Shown: piece by piece, positions 1 to 12,863 of the stretch
Layout of the letters: each line of letters starts with the position of its first letter
Numbering within the stretch: position 1 is the stretch's first letter
Assembly (NCBI RefSeq): GCF_036321535.1
Contig: NC_087437.1
Span: 89,282,001-89,346,000, forward strand
Reading direction: 5' to 3'
DNA from: Camelus dromedarius
Taxonomy: Eukaryota
DNA: 64,000 nt
Notes under the pieces: model-generated
Database searches by the model: none
Told to the model about the DNA's origin: nothing
Seen by the model: the letters and a program-made list of their open reading frames with translations, nothing else
Program-made: the position numbers and the translations under genes

Positions 1-99
1 CATGTCAGAACAGTCTCTACTATTGTCCACAACAAACTGTCTCCAAATCTTGTGTTCTCAACTCAGCAAATAGTAAATATTCACTTGTGCTATAGATAC

Positions 100-385
100 A
101 TAATTGCGGGTCACCAAGGGGGCTCTTTTGTTTTTTCACCAGAGACTCAGGCTAACAGGATTCATTCAGATACATTCTTCCACCAGGTCTGTACCACTGG
201 GAGGGAAACATGGTGATTGCACAATGGCTTTTAAAACTTGGACCAAAAATTGGCACACTTCAGTTCCCCTCCAGTGCCACTGGCCATGTCACATGGCCCC
301 GGGGTACTGCCAACACGCTGTATTCCCCCAGAGTGCCGCAGAGGGAGAGAAATGCAATGTTTAATGAACAACTTTACTAACTACT
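100..385 (-). mobile_element. Old MaLR LTR fragment (MLT1K/L-like)
   Basis: Motifs 'cactggccatgtcacatggccc' and 'aatgtttaatgaacaactttactaactac' resemble reverse-strand MLT1 LTRs; highly diverged. Confidence 0.55.
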
Positions 386-388
386 AAG

Positions 389-391
<3 letters not shown>

Positions 392-434
<43 letters not shown>
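392..434. repeat. (AC)n microsatellite, about 21 units
   Basis: Perfect AC run read directly. Confidence 0.98.
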
Positions 435-436
<2 letters not shown>

Positions 437-1571
437 GATCAAGGTTAAGGAAAGAAAAAGAAAATAATATCCATGAAAAACAAAGCTAGAAGAGAATCTA
501 GGAACGTTATGCTGGTGAACAGACTTCAGATAATGTATTTATCATCTATCTGCCTTGCTGCATTTTCTATGATAAAATATATTTTTTTCACGATGGGAAA
601 ATATATAATGAACACAGTGTGAATTACTGGATTAAAAAAAAGATCATTTAACCTCCATTTTTTGTTATTATTTCTTCATCGTGAGTTTTCAATTCTTTAT
701 TAAATGCACATGCTTATAAGAAAAAAACATTATATACTTTTTCTAAAGCATAGAAGTTGAGAAAAATATCAGTCATTATAAATATTTGTGTTATTACTAA
801 TACAAATACATTAAATCCTGGAAAGTCTTATCAATTTTTCTCTGATTGCATTTGTCCAGGACAGATGTCAAATTGATTAATGTACTGAGCATCTATTGTA
901 ATTTATTGCACAGCTCTGAAGAGCAGAGCTGAGTAAGCTGACAAATTAGGAATAAAGTTTCACAAGAAGACCAGTGGCATAAATTATACTGTTACCCGTC
1001 ACTGGGCATCAATGTTTCAAGAAAAAAGAAATAGTTACACTTTTTTGAGCAAAGTCTAAAAATCCGTTTTATATAGTGATGTGTTGAAGACTGTTCTTCC
1101 TATGGAATAGAAATAATGTATAATAGTTAGTTGGTGTCATTAGTCAAAGAACCTATTCCTATAATCCAAGCAAAATTGAATATTTTACTCATATAGATCC
1201 AGCCAAGAGTTGCACCTGTTTCTAAATCATTTTGCGGGAACTTGCACCTACTGGTATATTTCTTCAGAATTATACTAACTTTATAAGTCTGCCTAAAATA
1301 TAAAATCTTGTATATGAATACAAAAACAAGAAAATCACAAATTACACCCTGAGAAATAATTCAGTTTCTTTTGGAGATTCATAGAACTACAAAATTTCAT
1401 TTTGGAAGGGAGCTTGGAGGTAATACAGTTCTGTGGATTATCAATTTTTTTCCTGCAATTTCTTTGTTCAAAGGCAACTATAACAGGAGGCCTCAATTTA
1501 AGAAACTAAATAAAGTTATTATGATGGAAGTGAAGTGAGAAACCTTGTCCTTCTCCCTCCTTCTCGTTCTT

Positions 1572-1601
1572 TGTCTGTCTCTGTCTCTGTCTCTATCTCA
1601 G

Positions 1602-1633
<32 letters not shown>
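1572..1633. repeat. (CTGTCT)/(CT)n pyrimidine microsatellite
   Basis: Repeated tctctg/tc units; explains the LSLSLS ORF 1545..1748. Confidence 0.9.
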
Positions 1634-1934
1634 AGCATGGTGTTTAAAATATAGAAGTTCTAGTTTAACAGAAGATAGACTTGGCAATGGAGAAATCAAC
1701 TGTATATATTTGTTCAATCACTTAAAATTTTCAAATTATCATATTTAAAACAACTCAGAGTTTCTTCTTTCCTTTTTTCAAAAAAAAAATTATATACCCG
1801 TATTTCCAGAATGATAACTTTGGATTCCAAATAGGGTATCCTCATTACGTCAGGTGAAGTCTGGCCTTAACACTGTGCTAGATCTTATCAGATTTTTATA
1901 ACCTATTTGTTAGAGACTCTATAGATGAAGCCAG

Positions 1935-2948
1935 TGTAGGGAAAATTGCTCTTTGCCTGCCCATATGTATTCTCTCTTCTTTTCTGCTCTCAGAAGCCCA
2001 TTATTACTATTGTGCCCATCCTCTGCAAGGCCATCCATGAGCTCCAGTATCGTGACCTACTTCCAGCTCCAGGAATGAACCACGATTGGTTCAGTCCCGT
2101 GATCTTTGTCTTCTTTCTTCCGGCAGTGGATATTTTATATACTGGCATGGGCCTGGTCGGTGCAACCGAAGAGAAATTCCACTGGCAAACTTTTGTGGGA
2201 GATTTTTCTCACTATTAGAGAGATGCATGAGAATATATTCTCTCTCCTTTCCTGAATAATGTTAAGTCTGCCAATGATTCTGGAACTGCTGCAGCCATTT
2301 TGTCACCATGAGGAGAGGCATATTGCGAAAGAGAGAGACCTTGTCTTTATTTCATGTCATTGTAAGTAACAGAAACAGAGGCTTAAACACATTTAAAGTT
2401 TTACTTTTCTTACTCAGCAAAAAGTTTGAAAGTTGGTGTTTACTGGCTTCAGAATAGCAGCTCTAAGAATATCAAGAGTGAGATTTCATAAATTCCCCTA
2501 GCCTTTTCCTCTTAGTATCAGATGGCTGTTACAGTCCCACCCAACATATAAGTGCCAAAATAGTCAGAAGAGGAAGGGGAAGGGGAGAGGAAGTGCAGTG
2601 ACTGCGTGAGAAGACAAAACACTTTTCCCCAGGGGCACTCCTTATGGAAAAGATCTGGGGAAGTAAATTTTTTCTTCTCAGACTCTATAGTAGAGGAAAA
2701 CAAGGAGGTGGTACTTGAGATGGATGCTGGGTGAGCCATCTTCTCTCTCTGTCACACTCCCCTATGGAAGACAAAGGGAAAGATGGAAAAACCTAGATTC
2801 TTGATGACGTTGTTGATCCATTAAATAAAATAACACAGGATAGCAGTTTCCAGACTTTGTGTTATTTGAGAAAATGAAGGTTTTTGCTATTTAAAATACT
2901 TGTAATTTGGGATTATGTTGCTTTCACATGAAAATATCTTAATTAATA
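1935..2948 (+). mobile_element. MaLR LTR (MLT1K-like), split by a second MLT1
   Basis: Starts TGTAGG; contains 'ctgctgcagccattttgtcaccatgagg'; resumes after 2756 with 'aaagatggaaaaacctagattcttgatgac' and ends 'tcttaattaata'. Confidence 0.7.
2342..2756 (-). mobile_element. MaLR LTR (MLT1J-like) nested in opposite orientation
   Basis: 'tgtaagtaacagaaacagaggcttaaac', 'agatggctgttacagtccca', ends 'ggatgctgggtgagcc...ctgtcaca'. Confidence 0.7.
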
Positions 2949-3129
2949 GAGCCACTTAAACATCACACAAAATGATACAAAATGAATCCTAAGGTCACAT
3001 GTCAATAAAGGTCAAATTGATCTCTGTAAGTCAAAAGGAATAAATTAAATATACCTAAAAGTTGTATGTTTCAGTTTGTAAACAATCTTTCTTTTCTCTT
3101 AGAGAAACAGATTAGTCATCACTGCATAG

Positions 3130-3275
3130 ACGTCCTTTATTGACATTGTGTGGAATGTCTGTCTCCCACCTTTGGAATGTAGAGAGCAGATACTGTTTCT
3201 GCTTTGCTTATTGCTATGTGCACAATGTTTTTCATACAGTTACATCCAAAATAAATGTCTCAAAAAATGAATACT
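3130..3275 (+). mobile_element. L2 3'-end fragment
   Basis: Degenerate L2 terminus ending 'aataaatgtctcaaaaaatgaat'. Confidence 0.5.
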
Positions 3276-3659
3276 TTTTTCCATTTAGTTGGATTTTTGG
3301 CAAATGTGCTTAAAAAACATCTCAAGACTGCTAGCAATTAGAACAGTCTTTAATAACATGATTTCCACTACTTCTGAGGTCAGTGGTATGGAAAAAAAGG
3401 AAGAAAAAAACCTGCTTGCGGATGTTGAGTAGTTGAGATGTTTGGTGTAATTAATTTTGTTTAAATAAATATGCTCTGAATAACCATTTAATCTTTAAAT
3501 GAAGGAAAATGAGTTATTCTCTTCCTTTTATATTTACCATTGATCTATGAGTTCATGAGAGTTAGATCAATACTCTGTACTTATAAAAGGAGGTCATAGA
3601 ATCTTAGTGTATAGGTCATTGAATCCAATCTCTTTCTCTTAATAAATTTCTTATTAACA

Positions 3660-4192
3660 TGGAGAGACTGAATATACAAACAAACAATGGTCAGATCATA
3701 TATAAAAATATAACTTTGACCCACAGCCTGCAGCAAACCTGCCCAGAAAAACAACACTTCATCTACAATAAACAACACAGGAAGCCAGGCTGCTCTGATT
3801 TCTGTCTCTACTGAGAATCCAGGAAGCTAAACAATAACTTCAGTAACAATTGGCCCAGAATAGGCAGGATTTGCTTAATAACTGACAACTTCCCCAGTTT
3901 TTGTCCCTGCTTCCAATTTAGGACCACCCAGAGAAAGCCAAGTATGCAGCTCAACCAATCACATGGGATGTCTACTTCTAGTTTGTTCACCTAGAGCTTC
4001 TCAGGAAAAACAGCCTCCAGTTAGGGCAGACCTGAAGCCTTCCTTTTTCTCACTGTAAAACTTCCCTGCTCCTCTGTTTGCATTTGAGTATCTGCCAAAT
4101 GTAAGTATTGGTGGCTGAGCGCTTTGCTGTAGCAAGCTCAGAATAAACAGCCTTTGCTTTTCTCATGTGATTGGTTTTTGTTTATTTCCACG
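3660..4192 (+). mobile_element. ERV1 solo LTR (MER39/MER34-like)
   Basis: TG start, 'gacccacagcctgcagcaaacctgcccag', CCAAT motif, 'gtagcaagctcagaataaacagcctttgc' poly(A) region, ends 'atttccac'. Confidence 0.8.
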
Positions 4193-5480
4193 GCATTTAT
4201 TGTCAAATAGAATTCAAAAGTTATACTACAAAACCAAATTTGCATTCAAATACATACAACGAGTCTGTGTTGGAGTTCCTTAAAAGAAATTCATAAAAAA
4301 TGCAATAAAGATGATCATGAGAAAGTGATGCCTTGACCAGATAGACCGCAAGGAGTATTAGTTTAATTAAAAAAATGAAAGTAATCTTTATAAGATCTCC
4401 TGGCCTATTTTAAGCATATTGATCAGTTAGAAGTAGATCACTTTAATTTTTTTTAATGAAATAATTCATTAAATATATGTACAACCAGAACAGATTCAGG
4501 GTCAATACCAATTAGTAATCTGAAGCATTCCAAATCACCTTTCTAAAACTATTTACCTCATATTTCAACATATGAAGAAACTTACAAAACATTTTTTGAT
4601 GAATTTGCTTTCCAAACACAATGGAAGAAATACAGCTATTATTTTAGATTTTTTTAAACCAACTTGTTGGAATTAAAGTTTTCTAAGAAGAAAATGTGGA
4701 CACCCATGTGTCAAAGTTTAAAAATCTCAGATAAAATCTCCTAATTGTTCACATGTTTGAGTATAAATACACAGAAAATCACAAAATTAAAGTATCATGA
4801 ATGATTAAACATATTTTCCAGGAGAGGATTCCTAGATGAACTAAAATTGTTCATTCTTACTAATCTTTCAGTTGGTATTTTCTTTTACCATGTAAATTCC
4901 ACATAACGACATGACATGTATTAAGGGAGCACTGGTTTCATTTTTAATTTCAGTGAGGAACCCTATTCACAGATGATAATAATAGTATATTAATTTATCT
5001 GGATAATTTTTGAAGAATTTTCAAACACTGAATACCAGTATGGGGACTTTGCTTCTCCAAAGATACTCTGATTGATTTTTCCTTCTCCTTAAGGTTTGTC
5101 TTAGACTGCAGACATTTCTTATTACCACCAGAAGAGCTTGGAGACAAAGATGTCACTAATCCTTGATCCATGAAATAAGAATCCAAGACATAAAAATCAA
5201 AGGAGGGCCTTTTAAGGGAGGATAATAAATCCAGCAAGTCCCAAAGGGAGAATGAACAGATGAATACCTTGCACCAACCGGGATCATGTAAACTTCTATT
5301 ACTGGAGATACTCTCTTTGAACCATGAAGCCATTTTAGTTAGATTCCTGAATATCCCTAAGATAGTTAAACGATCCTACATTTAAGTAATAGTATTTTAA
5401 CAGCCTTAAACTAATTTGAGGAGTTGCTGTTCAACGTGTATAAAGTTTCAGTTATTCAAGATGAATAAATTGTAGAAATC

Positions 5481-5583
5481 TGTGTAATATTATGCTTATA
5501 GTTAATAATACTGCACTGTACATTGAAAGTGTTGTTAAGAGGGTAGATCTCATGCTCTCTCTTCTCACCACAATAAAATAAAT
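5481..5583 (+). mobile_element. L1 3'-terminal fragment (L1MC-like)
   Basis: 'tatagttaataatactgcactgtacattgaaag...taagagggtagatctcatg...caccacaataaaataaa'. Confidence 0.75.
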
Positions 5584-6705
5584 GGGATGCCAATAAGAAG
5601 GTGTAGTCTAGTGCAGCTTTTCTGAAGCTGACTTTCACCATCCCAACACACATGATATATAAGACCACATAATATTCAGCAGCACAGTAACATAGAACCT
5701 TGCAAGGCACTGATTTTTAAATGAGAATCCTGCATGCCTCTATTTTCACATGTGGTTCCTAAAGTATACTTTCAACACCTTTGAATATAACTGGAATAAA
5801 ATGGCACTGAGCAGAGGGTGAATGCATAAAATTGGCAGGGGGGGAAGGAGAACCGTTTGACTTCTACACAGTGTGGCTTGAGTTAGCTTTCACTTATCCT
5901 GTGACACTTTTACATCCATAACACAGGTAACATATAACTGGACATTGTCAGTTTCAGTACCTTAGAAATACAGCATTGTTCTGTAGGAAAGGTCACAGTG
6001 CAGTGAATAATAAATATACAGTTTCTCCTTAAAAACTGTACAAAATTTCAGTGGAAAAGTTCAGATCAATGAAATAAACATGCACTTAAATAATACAACA
6101 GACAGTAGTTAGAATATCATTTTTTACCCAGATCCTAGATGTTCTGATACAGCAGTATCTTCAGAGAAATTTCAATCATAAAATAGAAAATAGATTGCTG
6201 CTATTTTTAAAGTGTAAATTAATGGGACTGTCTATAGACGAAATTTGGATTAGAAATATATATATGGAAGTACTAAAAATAAGACCATGTTAAATATATT
6301 GTCAGATACTGGCATTTTATCATAAAACTACATTTATGCTGTTTGTCTTTTTGGAAATGCCCATATTCAAATCTTCTTACTTAAATGCCTAGTTCATTAT
6401 TCTCTAGAAGCTCAGAGGCTTATGACTTACATAAATTGTTTTAATTACAAATTATAACAATGCTATATACATGATTATAATCCTTCAATTTTATGTCAGT
6501 AAATAAATGTAATCAATCAATTTCCTTGCAAAAGCAAACTAAATAATTTCTTCTTTTGTTATTTATATTGTTTCTTTTCCAGCTAAAATATTAATATGGT
6601 ATTATCATATAAAGTATAAAAATAGGCACTTAGGTGGAAAAATTCTAAAAGGTATATGTTTTCTTTCATCCAATAATTTAGAATAGGTTAGTAAAATTAA
6701 AAGTG

Positions 6706-6804
6706 AGAGATTGAGAGGAAAAGGGAGAGAGAGAGGGAGAGGGAGGGAGGAAGGAAGGAAGGAAGAAACAAAGAAAGGGAGAAAGAAAGGGAGGAAAAGA
6801 AAGA
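6706..6804. repeat. Polypurine (GA/GGGA/GGAA) low-complexity tract
   Basis: Nearly pure A/G tract; explains ORFs 6605..6808 and 6697..6924. Confidence 0.9.
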
Positions 6805-8373
6805 GCAAGTCAGCTGAGGAATTTCTCCAGAGGAGCTGGAGGAGATGCCTAAGGAATTGGAAATGGTGTTGGTAATGTAATGGTCTGTGTAGCCTCGTGA
6901 GCTGTCATATCCTAGACTGCACAAGACTAATAGCTCTTTTATAAAGAGTTTCTTTTAGCACTGCTCCCCAAACTCAAAGCCGCAGATCACTAGCTATTTA
7001 AGGGCAAAGTGATAAAGACTCACTTACTTAGGTTGATAAGCTTTCTCAGGAGTAGCATTTTGATTCTGAAACAAGTCACAGAACTCATTAGCAGAACCAA
7101 TGGCAATGATAATAGACTATGACTATCTTTAATTGTCCTTCTGTTGTGTTATGCATTTAAAGGCCACATTTGAAATGAAAGCTTTGTCGGTGATTTAATG
7201 GCAGGATTTGGGCTTTAAAGGAAGATAATCTCACACCTGTAACAAGATCAGTTCTGCATTAGACACATGCCCTGGATCACCTTCAGAGCTCTTTGTTGAC
7301 GACATAAGATGCAAACGTTTTATACGCCACTGATTTTGCAAAATAATAGTTAAAGTCTACCTATTTTTATATCCAAAAATATTAACTTTATGTTTCATGA
7401 AATATGAAATAAAATGCTAGCTGCAAACCTGGTGCATACTTCAAATGGCATTCTAGAATTTAAAGCATTAAAAGGTTTTAAACTGACAGTACCATTGTAC
7501 ATGGCAGACATTTTTAAGGCTGTCAGCATGGAGAGAAGTATTGCAGCATCCTTGGAGCATGTATAACGTTTAAATAAGCATATTCAGTATGACAATTCAA
7601 TTTGATATTTAGAAATATTCCTCAGGTTATTATTGTTTCTTTTAATACAAATTCCAGAAAGTAAGCTTATAAAGAAATCTCTACTACTTTGCATATTATT
7701 AATTCTTAAGGCAGGAAGGGTTATTTGGATACTGAATATACTTATGAGATGTTTGTTTTTGTGGAGCAGAGTTTACATTTTATAAGTTTGAGAACTTCTG
7801 GTAGAACAATAACATGTAATACGGACTAAACTGGGACCCAGAGACCTGGATTCTGGCCAGGGTCCTGTCTGTGGCCCTAGAGGGTTTGGACTCCCCAACT
7901 TAAACTTGCATAGCTTAGCAGTAGCAGCCGTGGGGGTCTATCCCTTACTTGCAGGATACTATATCTCATATTATAGATCCCATTTTGCTTTTAGTGACCT
8001 CTGTTGTCAAATAAGAAGTTTGTATTAATTATCGAATTATTTCAGATATGTACTTATTTAAAATATTTTTGAGACTGTAGTGAATTAAATATTCCTAAAT
8101 TTACCTATGTGGCTATTCTTAACACTATATATTATGCATAATAGAAGACTAAGGTAACTAGAAAAGTCAATGAAAAGGTGTTTACAGTTCATCAAGTGTG
8201 TGTAAAGCAACGTGATTCAGAAACCCTTACAACCCAGCCATCTGTTATTCTTTCCCTATGGTCTCATACATCAAAAGGAAAAAATCAAATAAATCAGAAT
8301 AAAACTTGGTTTTAGTAAATTAGATAAAGGGTCAGGCCATTAGTACACTGTTGCTTTTATTTTCTAGCATTCC

Positions 8374-8573
8374 TTTTTTTCTTTTGTCTTTATTTTAACC
8401 CCTTTATTAAAGTATGATTGACATACAAAAAGCTACACGTTTAACCTATGTAACTTGATGACTCTGGAGATAAGTAACATTCGTGAAACTGTCACCATAA
8501 TCTATGTCATAAACGTATCCATCACCTCCGTATATTACGTGATACTACTTATAAGGAGGAATCTAAAATTGTC
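8374..8573 (-). mobile_element. 5'-truncated L1 (L1MB-like) 3' end with possible inverted 5' piece
   Basis: T-rich tail then 'tttattaaagtatgattgacatacaaaaagc...aaacgtatccatcacctcc'; 8531-8573 resembles sense-strand L1 3'UTR. Confidence 0.7.
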
Positions 8574-8711
8574 CATTATTTTTCTTTTTTAATCACTTCC
8601 AAGCTTTTTCCTCGTGGGAATATTTTGAGAAATGTATAAGAACCACACTTATTGACAGTGATAACAAAACCACTCAACCTTTTCTACCCATTCAAACTGT
8701 AGGTCACAAAA

Positions 8712-8965
8712 TGTTGAGTGAGGTTTAAGCTGGTTATAGGAGCCTATGTAATCAGGATACTTGAATATATCATAATGAAGTTTGGCAAGATCAATGGACC
8801 AGAGGCATACAAAACACTCTGGCTTCAAAAAAAATATTATTCTCCCCTTTTTAGTATAAAAGAAGCCTGAATAGTGACTTGGGTAAGATAGTTCTCTAAG
8901 ACATTAGTCCCCCATCTTCTTGGTCTGCTAGATTTCTGAATAAAGTTGTTATTCCTTGCCCACCC
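8712..8965 (+). mobile_element. ERV1-type LTR fragment (cetartiodactyl-type)
   Basis: TATA 'agtataaaagaagcctgaa', 'gacattagtcccccatcttc', 'aataaagttgttattccttgccc'. Confidence 0.65.
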
Positions 8966-8975
8966 CACCCCCAAA

Positions 8976-10410
8976 ATTATTCAACAAACATTTACTGAGG
9001 CTCTACTATGTATTAAGCATGTTAGAAATGCAAAGATGAAAAACATACAGTTCTTTGTCTAAAATATTTACTCACTCCCTGAAAAGAGGCAGATAATAAA
9101 GAGAAAAATAAAATCAAGTGTAATGAATGCTATAAGAAAAGTGGACACTGATAACTACAAGGTTTTATGGGATCAAATAAAATGGTGGATCAGATGCCAT
9201 ACCCTGGTTAGGAAGGACACTTTGGAAGAAGTGAAGGTGATTCCTAAAGCTTCAGTAGGACTTAAGGAGTCACTGAAGGGTAATCCATGCAAAAGAGTAA
9301 GCACATGTAAAGATGTAGGTGAAGAAAGTCTTATTTTTCTGCAGAATCCAAATCTATAATGAGGATAAGGGTAGAGAGTGAGATTTAAGCAAAGTTCATA
9401 TTATGAAAGCCCATTACAGCATACTAAGAAGTTTGCACAGTAGCCTGAAAAATATTGGATGCCACTGAAGAATTTTAATGAAGGAGCGGTTTTTCAATTG
9501 AATTTTTAATTTGGAAAGGTCTTCTGGCATCAGAGAGGAGACTAACTTGGACTGTTGCAATAAGCTTAGAGAGGAATAATGAAGGCTTGGACCAAGGTAA
9601 AGCCAGTGACCAGTTATTGTAAAACAGTTTTGAGTAGGTTCAAGAGATATTAATCAATTTAATAAGGAGGACTACAAGATTGATTAGAAGGAAAATGCAA
9701 GGGAAAAGGAAAAGTTAGTAATTCCCAGATTTGGGCAGCTAGAAAAATGGTGAGTCTGTGAAGACAGTACATTGTGTTCAGCTCATCATGTTCTTTTTTG
9801 GGCACATAAATATATTTCCCAGCCTCCCTTACAGTTACGTAATATATCATGTGACTGACTTCTAGCTGATCACATGGGCGGTAGTGATAAAAGCTATTTT
9901 CAAGCCTAACCCTTCAAAACTTTCCGCACAATCCACAAGTCATTCTGTCTCTCCCATGGCAATGTTGGAATCCATCTATTCTAAATGGTTTAGCCACAAG
10001 ATTGGTAACAATCTATTTCCTTTAGTCCCTATGACAAAACTTCTGAGGATACATGCCTCATCCTCATTACATGGTGAGAAGAATGAAAAATGAAACTTAC
10101 TATATTAATTCACTGGAATACCCAGGATTATATTTTACAACATCATATCTAATCCTATCCTGATTAAGAGGGGAATCATTTAATCTATAAAAACCTTTGG
10201 AACAAAAGCAGATTTGAGAAAGAGGAATGGATGGGGGAAACACCAAGTTCAGTTTCAACATACTGAACTTGTGGTCTTGTGTAACACCCAAATGAAGATG
10301 ACAGAAAGCATTTGGATAAACAAATCTGGACCCAACAAAAGAGAGCTGGGCAGGAGATACAGATTTAAAAGTCTTTAATTGTAGTTGATGCCATGAAAAT
10401 AGATAGTGTG
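8976..10410 (-). mobile_element. L2 fragment interrupted by MLT1
   Basis: Begins 'attcaacaaacatttactgag' (reverse L2 terminus); purine-rich L2 body resumes after 10172. Confidence 0.75.
9757..10172 (+). mobile_element. MaLR solo LTR (MLT1H-like) in L2
   Basis: 'atttcccagcctcccttacagtta...catgtgactgacttctagc'; flanks gagtc/gaatc resemble a 5-bp TSD. Confidence 0.7.
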
Positions 10411-11499
10411 ACTCTATTCCATCATCTCATCTTCTGCATACAGTGTTCATGTAAGGAATAATTTCTTAAAATGTCTTTCTACCATCTCTAAATATTTAAA
10501 AGACCATTTTAGGTTAAACAAATTAAGAATAGTTTTGCAACGTATGTTATACTTTGACTAATTGGGATCAAACAGCGTAGTTGACAATCTATATTTTAGA
10601 AAACAAGGTGGTAAAATAAAAATTTTTTTCTCTGCCCTTTAGCCTCCTCCTTCCTCTCTAGTGTGTGTTGTGGATCAGCATTATGCATTACCAAGACCTC
10701 AATGGCAGAAATACCTGCTCAACCATAAAGGTCAATTTTTCTTTTTCTGGAGCCAGTCATGTAACTTCTTGGAAGCTAATACTTCTTTCTCAGGGGTCAG
10801 GATGCCCCACCACTCTCCTCGTATGTGCAGACGCCTCTAGTGAACTTTATGTACTATGCCAATGTATCATTTCCCTTAAAGATAGTGACTAATGCAGAAC
10901 AAACTAGTCAGAAGACCTGGGGAGTTACTGGGCCACACCTAATGAAAGTTCTTAGCTTAAATACTTACTTATGACCTTATTAATGTTACTAGTTATATAA
11001 CTTGTGTTCTGCCTATTTTACAAGATTATTGTTTATTGCATCACCCAGTGTGTGACTGAACTTCTGATAAAAATAACGATGACTAGGTGACTTTGAAATG
11101 ATTAACCAAATATAAAATCAATGATGCTATGAAATCAATGATGCTATATGATCAACGATCACAATAGTGTAACTGTAGATACTGGAAGAAACAACAAAAG
11201 GAAACTGTTGGACCATAATAGGCTAGTAAGACAGGCGGCCCAGAGACTTTTGGCTACTGTTAACAGGGCCTGGTTCAGTAATAGCACATTGAATAGCCTA
11301 TCAACGAAATCCTTGCCTGACCTAGGAGTGACCTCTAAAGGTATTTGAGAGGTTAAAGATGCAAAATTTGTACAAATCAACTGTGTGAAGTGGAACATTT
11401 TACACAGAAGAAATGAACACAAAGCCATCAGACAGGACTGTGAAGCTCTGAAGAATTCATGGAAACAGGTGTAAAATAAATATAGTTTGGTTTCCATCC

Positions 11500-12510
11500 A
11501 CAAAGGAGAACCAGTCATAGAACAACTAATTATTCTAAATGTGACCAGATGAAATAGAACGGCCCTTTATGCATTGGGAGTAAAGGCAGACTTCATGGAC
11601 TAGATACTTTTGAGGTGTGACTTAGGAGTTGTATAGAATATGCGTGTTTCTGTGTGTGTTTGGTAGGAAAGTAAGATGTGGCTAAACTTGAGTGTCAGTA
11701 AAATGAAGTGGAGTAGACGGAGATAGAAGTGGAAAATTTGGGGAACAGATTGTCAAAGATCTTTCATAATGTGCTAAATAATCTGAATTATTATCGACAG
11801 CATGAGGTTACTAAATGTCTTTAAGCAACAAAGTGACATGATTAATTGTGTTTGCATGACAATGCGGAAGAAAATTAGTGGGAAGAGAAGCCAAGGGACT
11901 TACCAGGAGGCTAGTTTAACAGTTCTGAAAAGAAATAATACACGAGCAATATAGGTTTTACAGAGAGGAATGATATACTTTTTTTTTTTTTTAACACAGT
12001 AATCAATTAGATTTGAAGATTGACAAATTTGAAAATGACGCTAAGGTTTCTAGCAATAGTAACTCTTTATATGGGTAAACAATTGATGACTGAAGGAAAA
12101 AGAAAACTTGAAGAAACGTTTTCTTTCAATGTCAAAAATGAGGCCATATTTGTGTATGTTGGCATTAAATTACATGGTAGATATGCTAGTAGAGCTATCT
12201 GGCCAATAGATGAAATGTAAAAAGATAAATTCATAAATATTTGATACTATTTATATAAATCTTATAGTCACTAGTGTATAGGAGATAATTAAAATTATTG
12301 AAGTAGATTTGTGCTCCAGGAGATTGAATTTGGAATGAGATGAGAAGAGTGCTAAGGACAGAATATATGATCTAAAGGTCAGGGAACAGAAGAAGGAGAC
12401 TGAAAAAAATAGGCAGATTGTGTAGATGAAAAACAAGGAAGAATGGAATCCCAAAGTCTAGGGGAAAAGAAAGCACTAAGGGCAAGAAGATGGCTGCAGT
12501 GAACAAATAA
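11500..12510 (-). mobile_element. L2 fragment
   Basis: Degenerate reverse L2 motifs ('ttaagcaacaaagtgacatgatt', 'gagaagagtgctaaggacagaa', 'gaaggagactgaaaaa'). Confidence 0.6.
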
Positions 12511-12863
12511 TCAGTTTTATTTTCTCTTCTTATTCCATTTTATACATTTAACTTATACCTAGTTGATTTACATTTCATATGGCCAAATTATTGTTGCTTT
12601 TTTCTCCCTCTACCTATAGTTGCCTCGAATAAGAATATAAAAATTATCTTCTTTTATTTAATAGTGTGAGAAGCAGAATCTTTTGATATTATATGTTTAT
12701 CTGCCTTTTTCTTTTTAATTATGACTTTCACAAGTAAAGCGATACCACTCTCTGACTTAGGAATAAGCTCATTTGTTGAGAATAAAATTCCATTGTTATA
12801 CATTTTTAAGTACACCAAATGAAATAATTTAATGAATAGATTATCAACAGTCTCAAATTTTAT

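Noticed and set aside
1545..1748. Signal-peptide-like hydrophobic ORF
   Set aside because: Translation of a CT/CTGTCT microsatellite.
4995..5365. 112-aa minus ORF and a strong plus-strand acceptor (ttttccttctccttaag|G at 5094)
   Set aside because: No recognisable protein, all plus frames stop quickly, and the 3' part ('gaagccattttagttagattcctg...atccctaagata') resembles a decayed MaLR LTR end.
11159..11518. Longest ORF in the track (119 aa)
   Set aside because: Composition is typical of random AT-rich antisense sequence, with no domain or exon context.
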